Translations under genes and position numbers: made by a program
Notes under the pieces: generated by a model
The model's database searches: none
Seen by the model: the letters and a program-made list of their open reading frames with translations, nothing else
What the model was told of the DNA's origin: nothing
Part shown: piece by piece, positions 1-10,900 of the stretch
Layout of the letters: each line of letters begins with the position of its first letter
Position numbering within the stretch: position 1 is the first letter of the stretch
DNA from: Rebecca billardiae RCC1528
Taxonomy: Eukaryota > Protista > Haptophyta
DNA: 64,000 nucleotides
Direction: 5' to 3'
Assembly (NCBI GenBank): GCA_965240325.2
Contig: OZ251229.1
Coordinates: 2,170,001 to 2,234,000 of the forward strand

Positions 1-346
1 GCTTGCCATGGGTGTCAGCAATGGCGGCGAGGAGCGAGGTGCGATCCGCCTCCGCGGTGATGTCAGCCACGACCGCGCGGCATGTGCCGGGCCCGCGGCG
101 CGTCAGTTCGGCCGCAAGCGCTCCCGCGTCCTTGCGGCCGCACACCCAGACGATGCAGTTGGAGGCGCACAGGCCGGCGGCAATCATCGCGCCGATGCCC
201 GAGCCGCCGCCCGTGACGAGGCAGATCTTGCCGCGCACGTCGAAGAGCGCCGGTGCCGCAAACTCAGCCGCGGGGGGCAGGACGTAGCCGTTCGCAGCGG
301 CGAAGGCACGATCATCGAATGCTCTCGCGCCTGGAGGAGCCGCCAT
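1..346 (-). CDS. Short-chain dehydrogenase/reductase, 5' part (runs off the window)
   Basis: Not in the ORF track. Manual minus-strand translation from ATG 346 gives MAAPPGARAFDDRAF...LFDVRGKICLVTGGGSGIGAMIAAGLCASNCIVWVCGRK, with the classical SDR TGxxxGIG Rossmann motif. Confidence 0.85.
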   Translation of the reverse strand, partial: MAAPPGARAFDDRAFAAANGYVLPPAAEFAAPALFDVRGKICLVTGGGSGIGAMIAAGLCASNCIVWVCGRKDAGALAAELTRRGPGTCRAVVADITAEADRTSLLAAIADTHGK

Positions 347-484
347 CGTGCTTGGAACAAGGTGCGGCCGGACCGCCCGGACCGCAATTTTGTTTGCACG
401 CGGCGGCAACGCCGCCGTCGTGTCGATGCGAATCTTGCGCTGATCGCCGGGCACCCTTCCGCTCGCGACGCCGCGTCTCCCAGC

Positions 485-2615
485 ATGGTTGATCCGGTGA
501 CCGTGTGCACGAGCCTCGCCGCGGCGGCGCTGATCCTCCCGGCGGCGTACTATCTCTTCATCATGATGATTGCACCAGGCGTGCCCACTATCCGCGTCGA
601 GGTGCGCACGGGCTGCGCGCGCGCATGTCGCGCATGGCCGTCGGCTGATCGTGCTCGCGCGAGCGCGCCTGGCGCGCGCGCAGGTGACCGAGGAGGAGAC
701 GAAGGACACTCTCGGCGATGGGTATCCAACGATCGACCCCACCACCGCGCCAAAGGGCGTGGTGAACTGCTGGGATCCGAGCACGATGAAGTCCCTCGGC
801 ACGTTGCCCGCGATGGGCCGCGAGGAGGTGGTCGCGCGCATCGAGCGCTCGCGCCGCGCGCAGGCGACGTGGGCCAAGTCAAGCTTCGCGCAGCGGCGGC
901 TCCTGCTGAAGACGATCCTTAAGTACATTATCGACCACCAGGACACGATTGCGCGTGTCTCCGCTCGCGACTCGGGGAAGTCGAAGGTGGACGCGGCGAT
1001 GGGAGAGATCATGGTCACGTGTGAGAAGCTCAGGTGGACGATCAACCGCGGCGAGCAGTACCTGCTGCCAGAGTCGCGCGAGTCGGGGACGCTGATGCCG
1101 CACAAGCGCGTGTGGCTGGAGTACGTGCCGGTGGGCGTGGTCGGCGCCATCGTCCCGTGGAACTACCCCTTCCACAACGTGTTCAACCCGCTGATTGCCG
1201 CGCTCTTCAGCGGCAACGGCTTTGTGGTCAAGGTGTCCGAGTACTCGTCGTGGTCGACGCGGTACTACGGGCGCATCATCGAGGAGTGCCTCAAGGCGGT
1301 GGGCGCGCCGGTCGATCTGGTGCAGATCGTCACTGGCTTCGGCGAGACCGGCCACGCCCTCGTCACCGGCGGCATCAACAAGCTCATCTTTGTCGGCTCG
1401 CCCGAGATCGGCGCCAAGGTGATGGAGTCGGCAGCCACCACGTTCCACCCGACGCCGGTGATCCTCGAGCTCGGCGGCAAGGACCCGTTCATCGTGTGCG
1501 AGGACTACAAGGTGACCGACGACCTCGTCCAGGTCGCCGTGCGCGGCGTGTACATCCACATGGGCCAGAACTGCGCCGGGCCCGAGCGCTTCTTCGTGTA
1601 CGAGTCAATCTACGACGACTTTGTCTCCCGCTGCGAGCGACTGATCAAGCAGCTCGAGCTGGGCGACCCGCTGTCGAGCTGCACGGTGGACTGCGGCGCG
1701 GTGGTGATGGGCGATCGCACCAAGGTGCGCGCCCGCCGCTGCGGCCCGCGGCGGCGTGCGGTAGCGCCGCGGAGGCGCGGCGCATGCGCGGCCGGCCTCA
1801 CCACCGCCCGCCCGCCGGACGCGCCCCCGCGCGCCTGCGCGCGCGCGCGCGCGCTGCGCAGGCGGCGATGCAGAAGCTGGTCGACGACGCGGTGCAGAAG
1901 GGCGCGCGCTGCCTCGCTGGTGGGTACATCCCGCCCAAGGACACCGCGATCGGCCGCGGCTCGTTCTACCCGCCGACGCTGCTGGTGGACGTGCCGGAGC
2001 ACGCGCTGATCCGCAAGCAGGAGATCTTTGGGCCCATCATGTGCGTCATCAAGGTGCCGGCCGACTCGGACGCGGAGGTGGTGCGCATGGTGAACGACAA
2101 CGACTTCGCGCTCGGCTCGTGCGTGTGGTCGGGCTCGCAGAAGCGCGCGCGCGCCATCGCGCGCCAGCTCGACGCGGGCATGTCCGCGATCAACGACCTC
2201 GGCGGCACCACGTACATGTCGCAGTCGCTGCCGTTCGGCGGCTGCAAGCGCTCGGGCTTCGATCGCTTCGCCGGGCCTGAGGGCCTGCGCGGTCTGTGCT
2301 ACCCCCACGTCTACTCGGAGGACCGGTTGCCGTTCATGAAGACGGCGCTGCCGCCGCTGTTGCAATACCCCAGCTCGGGCAAGGGCTTCGAGTTCGCATC
2401 CAGCCTCATCTCCATGACCTATGGTCCGTCGCCGCTGCGCCGCGGGCGCGCGCGGGCCCGCCACGCACGCCGCGCGCAAGCGCTCACGCGCGCGGCGGCT
2501 CCGTGCGTGCGCGGTGCGCGCAGGCGTGACGATGGGCCAGAAGTTGCGCGGCCTGAAAGACCTGCTCGCGCTCGTCATGTTCCCGCCGAAGAAGCCCGCC
2601 GCCAAGCAGCTTTGA
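485..2615 (+). CDS. Membrane-anchored aldehyde dehydrogenase, ALDH22A1/MSC7-like; exons 485-601, 684-1724, 1862-2423, 2524-2615
   Basis: Motifs PWNYP, KVSE, FVGS, LELGGKD (catalytic Glu), GQNCAG (catalytic Cys), EIFGP and LPFGG. N-terminal hydrophobic anchor. Three GT-AG introns join the frames of the ORF-track pieces. Confidence 0.92.
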
Positions 2616-3305
2616 CTGCGACAAGGGAGCGGGCCGCAGCACTTACCAGTGGCGCTGCTCTAGAGTCTAGCTGAATAAGCTTCGCGCTGATTCCAGTAAG
2701 TTGAGTAACTACTACTAACTACTACTACCACACTGCTGACATACAGCCAACGTATGTCTCTGCTCCGCCGCCGTGCCTGAGACTGCATGCCTGATGGTGC
2801 GCCATATCATATCAGCATGATGACGATTCAGTAAGCAGTAGCTGTCGAGGTTGGCGAAAACGTAGCATCAACCGACCCATCCGACCTCAAAGGTATTAGT
2901 CTGTCATGTGCAGTCGTCATCAGCATTCATTCACGATATAATGCGCCGCCCGATTAATAATTTATAAAAAAATATATAATAATAACGTGCGGGCCCCGCG
3001 GTCGACAGCTCAGTCGTCCGCGGAATCCGGCACTCATGACTCAAAGTTCGCATCCGCATCGGCGGAGTCTGCGCTGCGCGACGCTGCTAAGCTGGTACGA
3101 CTTTTAAGTATCTGCTAGTAGCTAACGACTGCTCGTATAGTACGTGTGTGATATGGTGGTCATCAGCAGTGCTGCTGAGACGAGCCACGCGAGGGGCGGA
3201 GGGCGCCCGGGGGCCGTGCGGCCCGGTGACGCCGGTGAGTCCGTGAGTCACAGCATCTGGGACAGCCAGTGCTGCCTGACGAGAGCCACGCTGCACCGCC
3301 GCACC

Positions 3306-4196
3306 CTAGCCTGGAGGTCGCGTGTATGGCTGGTAGTGGTAGTACTTGGGCCGAATGTCCAGCCGAACATGCAGCCACGAGACTCCCGACCCCTCGGTGC
3401 TGACCCAGGTAGGTGCTGCCCCGCGCGTGCGCAAGGTGGCATCGACTGCATTGCCCACAGCCGACCAGAACGCCTCTGCTTGGTCGTCCGTGCACGAGCG
3501 CACGAACACGGCAATGTGCGCGTACATGCCCAGCGCGTCTGGCGCGCCGCCACGGCGCACAGCCGCCTCATCCTCGCACGGCGCCACGAGGTGCGCATCG
3601 CCGCCCAAATTGTCGAATGCAACGGCACCTCCCGTGCCCCGCGCGGGGCCGATAAAGCGCGAGAAGGGCTCGGGATCGGCGGAAATGCCGGCGAGGTTGC
3701 GGCTGGGCACAGCCACACACTCGAACAGGATCGCGTCCCGCTGTGCGAGCGTCAGCGGCGGCGTCTCCCAGAAGAAGGCGGGGTGTGGCGCGGCTGCGAG
3801 GGCCTTTGAGAACTGCAGCTGGAAGCTGCGGTCTGTGCGCCACAGGTCGATCACGTTCGCCCAGGTGAGCTGCGTGGGCGGATCGGCCGAGAAGAAGCGC
3901 AGGCGCCACACGCCACCATCAAGCGTGTCGGTCTTCGTGACGATACCACCGGTAGGCAGAGCCTCCGAGGGGATGGCCCCGTCTGCCCGACCACTTCCCA
4001 TCTCCTGCACGAAGGCGGCTGCGGGAGAGTGGAAGCAAGGGCAGAAGCGCGTGTATGCGACCGCGGTGGCGAGCACGAGCACGACGCCTACGCTAGTGCA
4101 CGCGATGACAGGCCGCCGGTACGGGTCCGCCTCCAGCACGTGCCGCCCCAAGCGGCTCCGGCGGAGGAGAGCCGACTCCTCAGATGCGGGCGCCAT
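3306..4196 (-). CDS. Single-exon protein with N-terminal TM segment, DUF6940-like
   Basis: 296 aa ORF with FFWETPP, FDNLGGDAHLVAP, YAHIAVFVR and WVSTEGSGVSWLHVRLDIRPKYY motifs, which I recall from a mostly bacterial uncharacterised family. Confidence 0.7.
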   Translation of the reverse strand: MAPASEESALLRRSRLGRHVLEADPYRRPVIACTSVGVVLVLATAVAYTRFCPCFHSPAAAFVQEMGSGRADGAIPSEALPTGGIVTKTDTLDGGVWRLRFFSADPPTQLTWANVIDLWRTDRSFQLQFSKALAAAPHPAFFWETPPLTLAQRDAILFECVAVPSRNLAGISADPEPFSRFIGPARGTGGAVAFDNLGGDAHLVAPCEDEAAVRRGGAPDALGMYAHIAVFVRSCTDDQAEAFWSAVGNAVDATLRTRGAAPTWVSTEGSGVSWLHVRLDIRPKYYHYQPYTRPPG

Positions 4197-4521
4197 TCAC
4201 GTTCACGTGAGCCATCGTGCGAAGAGCGAGTTGCGCGGGAATTTGTAGTTTTTATAGTTTTTATTCGCGCGGTTCCTGCCTGCACAGCAGGAGGCTGCAG
4301 GCGCAGCACCCTCGGTCCCTCCGGGCCGTGTGGTGTTAGAGCGCGCTGCTCGAGCGCGCGCGCCTCCGAGCGCGGGCGGCCGTTCTTGCTGCAATGGCCG
4401 CCTCGATGAGGTGCGTCAACGCGCCACTCACCTGTTGCGCCGGTCTGTTTTGTGGCGGTGTCTTTGATGTGTCACAGTGTTATGGCGGACTGTCGTAGTG
4501 CCGTTGGCGGATATTATTATT

Positions 4522-4526
<5 letters not shown>

Positions 4527-4574
<48 letters not shown>
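4527..4574. repeat. (AT)n microsatellite, about 24 units
   Basis: Direct reading. Confidence 0.98.
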
Positions 4575-4576
<2 letters not shown>

Positions 4577-4979
4577 TGATACACAATAATATATATGGCG
4601 TCAATCACTCGCCTGACTGAAGGTCTGCTCTAGGCCAAGTCTAGTATCTACAGCTGCCTATACAGTGGCGGGCTACGACAGCAGTCTCGGCTCACTCTTA
4701 GCAATCTCACGTCCTCACGACACGTGACGATAGCAGCCTACTCTACTCTCTAGTCTCTACTGATTGGACGATACTCCGATCCGATACTCGGGCGATGCCA
4801 CTGCGTCGACAGTACTCGGTCTTACTCAGATTAGGCCTGATGCTTGGCGCCAGTGCCCACTGTGCCCAGTTCAAGTTATAATATTGATGGCAGTTGGCGA
4901 CAGCCGGATAAGACACGCCACCGCGTCTTGCATCGATATTATTCGATTCCGCACGACGAGCCGAAGTCGTATCATGGCG

Positions 4980-7900
4980 TCATGCATATTCTGAGTCATC
5001 AGCTGTCGTCGCAGCGGATGCTGCCGACGGTGCGGCCAGCCAGCCAGGCACCGTGTCGCCGAGCGGCACCCAGCCCACGCCAGCGCACTCGACACCCCGG
5101 CCGCGCGTGTCGCCGTCGGCAACGGACGGCGGCGGCGCGCGCGCGTTGAGCGCATGCGTGTTCAGTGTCGCCGCCTTGAGGCACAGGTGGGCCATCGCGG
5201 CCATCACGTTGGCGGCGTCGACGTGCGGCACTGGCTCGAGCTGGTGGTGCCACGCGCCGCTCACCAGCGCGACGGGCTGCAGCCCGAAGAGCGGCGTCGC
5301 GCACGAGCGCTGCGCGACCGCAAGCAGCGCGACAGGTCCATACGCCGGCAGGTAGGACACCGCCTGCCAGCCATCGCTCGCACACGCGGTGGACGCGCCG
5401 AACTCGCGCACGTGCCAGCCCGGCTGCAGCCGCCCCGCGCCGGGCGCTGTGCTCGTCAGGGCAGCCTCCACCTTGGCTCGCACGCGCGCGTGCATCCTCT
5501 GCCCAAAGTCGCCCGACAGTCTGAGCAGCGCGTCCACGACCGAGCGCGGGAGCGCGCACGCGCGCACGAGCGCGGCGGGCGCGCCGACGACGGGCACGCC
5601 AAGCCGCGCGCACTGCGAGCTGAATTGCTCGCCAGGCGCGCTTGGGTAGATTGACGGCTCCGGCGGGACCAGCGCGATCGGCGCCGCGCGCTCGCGCCCC
5701 GCGCCCGCGGCGGCCAGGGCTGGCGAGCCGCGCGTGCCAGACGTCGCCATGGCAATGGTGGCCTGCTCGGACGCAGAAGCGGACGCCGAGAGGCGCTCTG
5801 CGTGCGCCGCGATCTCCGCCAGCCTGGCTGCTGACGTGCGCTGCTCGCCGCTCGCTGCAATCTGCGGCAGGCTGGGCGGAGGCGGACGGCGCCGGCCGGC
5901 GTGCGCCCACGGCGGCAGTGGGAATCTGCCCGGGGCGGCTGGAGGAGAGGCCGCGCTCGAGCGGCTCGTACGGCTCGTGAGTGTCGTGCGGGTCTTGCTG
6001 CTCCGCGACGCCGAGGAACGTCCGAATGGGACCGCGACCGGAGCGCCGGCGATGCCTGGGGCGCTCTGTCGGAGGGGGCGGGCCTTGAAGCTGTGCGCGC
6101 GAGCCGGCAACGGCGCGTTTGGGGGGTCGTCGCGCCGCCTGCCCGCATCGTCAGACCTGCTGCTGGTTTCGACCGCGCCCGGCTCGACGGCGCCTCTGCG
6201 GAAGCGCTCCAGAGCCAACTCCCACTCCGTCGCGGCGCTGGCCGAGCGCACGAGCGCCGGGGCGGCGCGCGTCGGAAGCGAGGACGGCTGCGGCGTGACA
6301 CTGCCAGCGTTCAGTCGCACACGGAGCTGCTGCCGAGCTCGCCGGTCCGGTGAGCGCCCGGACTCGGCCGCGCCCGCGGCCGGTTGCGTGTCCAGGGCCC
6401 CAAGCAGCTCGGGCGCGAGCGGCGCCGGCTCCGCGACCACGCCCACCACCTCCGCCACCTTCTCGCGCAGCAGCTTGGCGTGCACGCGCCCAAAGCGCGC
6501 CAGCAGCCGGGGCACGCCTGCGGGCACGACCAGCCGGACGCCGCCCGCTCGCAGCTGCTCGAAGCGCGTGACGAGCGCGTCCATCGCGCCACCTTCGCCG
6601 CGCTCGTCGTCGTCCGCGAGCAGCAGCGAGCCCGCCGTGACGATGCCGAGCTCGCTTGCCGTCTCGAGCGTCATCGAAGGCACGGCGGCGGCCGCCGCGT
6701 CGGGCGCGCACGACGGCGACGCGGCACAGCCGGGCTCGGCCGAGGGCGCGCGCTCGGCTGAGTCCGCGCTGGCGGTGGCGGGCACCCGTTCACGCACGAC
6801 GAGCAGCGCGGCGCAGTCGAGCGCGTTGAACTCCAGTAGCGCGCGCAGCGTGAGCAGCGTGAGCGCGGTGCCGTGCGTCGAGCAGCCCAGCGAGTCCTCG
6901 CGCAGCACGACCACCACCGCCTCCTTCCTACCGCCGCTGCCCACGCCCGCGCCGACCGAGGCGGCGATGCGCGTCTGCATGTACTCGCCAAGGGCGCGGC
7001 CATCGCACACGCCGGGAGCGGCGGCCGACTCGCCGATCAGCTCGGCGTGGCCGAGGCTGCTGGCGTCCCCGGTGTGGACCTTGAGCGACCCGAACGAGCG
7101 CGCCATTGCGCCCAGCGCCTTCCTGCCCGCGCGGCGGCCCGATCGCGAGAAGTCTCGGCCGCCGCTGCTTGTGTCCCGCTCCGTGACACTGTCACTCTCC
7201 GAGACGGCGGAGAGCCGGCCCTGGTGGATCGGGGCGGGGAGCTCCGGCGAGGGCGTCGCGCCGAGCGCGAGCGGCTCGAACAGCTCCGTGCACAGGCCTG
7301 GCACGCACGCGAGCAGCGCGACCACGTCGTACAGGTTGAAGCCGACCACCAGATCCCAGATCGGGTCCTCCGCCGAGCGCGCCTCCGCCTCGACGCGGCC
7401 GCTGCAGAACGTCTTCGAGAACCACGCGGCGTCGCAGCGCTCGGGAAGGCCGCGCCGCTCGGCCGAGCCCGGCGGCGCGGCCGCGCGGCGCCACAGCCCC
7501 TCGATCGAGTCGCGCTGCGCCTTGCGCAGCCGCCAGCCGATCGGGTTGCCCGACTGCGCGAGCTGGTCGTAGATGACGCGCGGCACGGGCGCCGCGTACG
7601 CAGCGTGCCGCGAGACGACGGTCACCGGGATGGCGAGCGCGCTGCAGCCGCGGTAGAAGTACTCGGCGGCGCCGAGGTCGAAGGTGTTGTTGTGCGCGGA
7701 GTCGGGCACGAGCGTGCGCTCCGCGCGGCTCTGCTCGACGTCGACGCCGCCCATCACGACCGCGCGCGCCAGCTTGTCCTTGCACAGCGCCGCGTCGTCG
7801 CGCAGCAGCAGCGCCGCGTCCTTGAGCGAGGAGATGCACAGCAGCGTGACGGACTTGGGCGGCGCGGCGGAGAGCACGCGGTAGAGCAGCGCGCGGCCGG

Positions 7901-10900
7901 GCTCGAGCTGCCGCGCGCGCTCCGACGACACCGGCGTCGCGTACTCCGCGCTCTCGAGGAAGCCCGCGCCGTGCGCCATGCTGCCGCCGTCCGTGCCAAT
8001 GCCCACGGGCACGTGCTGCAGCCCCAGCACGTCCAGCGTGCCGCGCACGAGCCGCGCGCGCTCGTACGCGGGGGTGAGGTTGGCGATCACGCCGAGCAGC
8101 TCGATGCGGCCCTCCATCTGCAGCGCGTGCGCCATCAGCAGCGCCATCTCGTCGTCCAGGTCCTCGCCCGCGTCGCAGATCACGAGCAGCGGCACGGGCG
8201 GCGGCGCGCGCTCCGCCGCGCCCTCGAGCCTGCGCTTGGCCGCGCGGTACCGCAGCCAGAGAAGCAGCGTGGCGAAGGCGGCGGCGACGATGGCGATCGT
8301 CGCGACGGCGGTGACGAGGACACTGGAGCTGTCCACGACCACCACCGTCGTGACGACGCTCTTCCCGTCGCCGTCGTCGCCGTCGCCGCCGTCGCCGCCG
8401 CCATCAGACGCAGCCTCCGCCGCCCCCGCGCGATCGGCCGGTGGCACGCGCTGCCCGGAGGCGAAGACGACGGGCAGGTGGAAGCGCCACGCGCCGTCGA
8501 CGAAGGAGCCGCGCACGGAGACGTCGAGGTGCGGCGTGCCGGGCATGAAGCCGCGCACCGTGAAGCGCGACGACTCCATCGAGCGGTCGCCGCTCTGCGC
8601 GTCGAAGCGCACGGCGCCAGTGATGCTCTCAAAGCCGGCGGCGAGCGCGCCGTGCCGCCACCACGCCTGGCGCGGCAGCACGGGCCAGCCGTTGGGGTCG
8701 CGCTCGGAGCGGCACGCGAGGAGGCCCATCGCGGCGACCGCGTCGTACGTGAGCGCGTCGATGTCGTTCGGCTCGTCCGCCTCCCACCACGCCGCGCCGA
8801 GCTGCCCCTCGGGCGGCAGGTACGCGTTGAGCTCGGCGGCGGGCGCGAGCTCGCCCGCCGCCCACTGCGCGCGGAACCGCTCCCACGCGGGCGCGCCCCA
8901 GCCGCCGGCGGCCTCGATCTGTACGCTGCCCAGCAGCGGCAGCGCGACGTCCGGCTCGGCGAGCGCGCCGTACTCGCTCGGGCCGATCATGTCCGTGAAG
9001 ATCCAGTGCTGCCTCGCCGTGAACAGACCGAGCGCAGTGCCGTTGCGCACGATCGACGGCAGGTCCGCCAAAAAAGTGAGGCACACGAGGATGCGGTGGT
9101 CCGCGCGGCGGAGCACGCCGAGCGCGTCGGCGATCGAGGCGGCGTCTCCCTCGGCGAACGGCACGTTTGCGAACGAGACGCCCGCCTCGGCGCCGTGCCG
9201 CTGCAGCGCCTGCGCGTACGCCGCGCCCGCGACGTCGTTCACGTGCAGCACGGCCGCGCGCGTCCATCCCCACTGCCGCACGTAGCCCACCACCAGCCGC
9301 GCGATGTTGTAGTCGCTCGGGATGGTGCGGCCGAAGGTGGGGTAGACCTGCGCGTCGGAGAGGCTCGGCGCGGTGCTCCAGTAGCTCACCATCGGCAAGC
9401 TGTGGATCCGAGCAAGCGTCGCCACCGGCTCGGACACGGCCGAGCGCGCCGCGCCCACGAGCACGTCCCAGCCAGATGCGTGGCCCCGCAGGTACTGCTC
9501 GACGCCGACGGTGGGCTGGCCCTCCGAGTGCAGCGGGCGTGGGTCGAGGACGACGTCGCAGCCCTCGTCGCGCAGCGTGTCGAAGACGGGCGCGAACGTG
9601 CCGTTCCGCGCGTTGAAGTGCGACACCGCGAGCAGCGCCGTCGCGAGCTTGCTGCGCTCGCCGCGGCGCGTCGGCTCGCCCCAGAAACGGCCGAGCAGCC
9701 CGACGCGGATGAGCACGGCCGCCTGCCCGTCGGCCGGCGGCTCCGTGCCGTCGTTGGCGAAGAGCAGCGGCGCAACGGCCGGGCTGTAACCCTCCGTGCC
9801 GAACGTGGCGATGCGCACCACGCTCGGCACGCTCGAGCCGCCGCCGAACCGCACGTTGGCAAGGACGACGGGCGCGGAGCCGAGCGCGCGGGCGCCGTGC
9901 TCGTCAAATCGGACCGGTCCCGTTGCGCCCTCGAAGCGCAGCGCGCGCAGCGAGGCGATCAGCGCGTCGGCGGTGGGTGTGGAGACGGCATCGGCGCTCG
10001 CGTGGCAGGCCGCGCGGCCGAGCGCCTCCACCGCCTCGTCCGCGAACATCACCGTCGCGGGCGGCGTGCCGCGCTCAATCAGCGCGCTCACGTTGGACGC
10101 CGACGCGGCGGCCGGCGGAAGCATCGCGCTCACGTTCGCCGCGTGGATGCGGCGCCAGGTCTCGTTGATGTAGCGCTCGTAGCGGCCGGAGCCGTCGTCG
10201 CCCGACGCCTCGATCACCACGCTGCCGTGCAGCAGCCGCCGCTCGTTGAGCGACGTCGCCGTCTCGAGCTCGATGCTCTCCGGGCCGTTCAGGATGACGT
10301 GACCCGTCAGCCCCGCCACACCGGCGGCGGCGGCGCCGTCGGCCAGCTGGCGGATATGGCGGCCGAACGCGATGACAACGACGATACGCAGTGGTTCGCC
10401 GTCGAGACCGACCATCTGCCCGATCGCGCCGCTCACCTCGCCGTCATCGCCGTCGAATGCAAAGCCCTTGCGGACGAGCGTGAGGCGTCGCGCCGCGCCC
10501 TCGCGCTCGATCGCGTCGGCGAGACCGCGGCCGAACGCGTCGTCCACGTGGACGAGGCCGATGTGGCGCCAGTTGTGATCGGTGATGTGCGCCACGATCG
10601 CCAGCGCCGTCAACTCATCCGAAGGTACCGTGCGCGCGAAGTGCGGCAGCTCCGCTGCGTTGGAGAGCTCGGGCGCCGTCGAGCGCGGCGACACGAGCAC
10701 GACAGGCAGGTGGGTTGCTGCGCGCGCCATGGCGAGCGTGACAGCCGATCGATAGGCACCAATGAGTGCAACAGCACCGGAGGCACGCGCCGTGATCAGC
10801 GCACTGAGGCCCGTGCCCTCCTCGCCGCGCGTGTCAGCCACGCCCCCCTCCACGAGCTCCAGGTGCACCGCGCACGGCGGCGCACGGTTCCATGTCTCGA

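Noticed and set aside
570-2674. Apparent frameshifts or pseudogenes in ALDH, AROM, ChlH, RPB2 and Tm-1
   Set aside because: Every frame change is explained by a GT-AG or GC-AG intron that restores conserved motifs.
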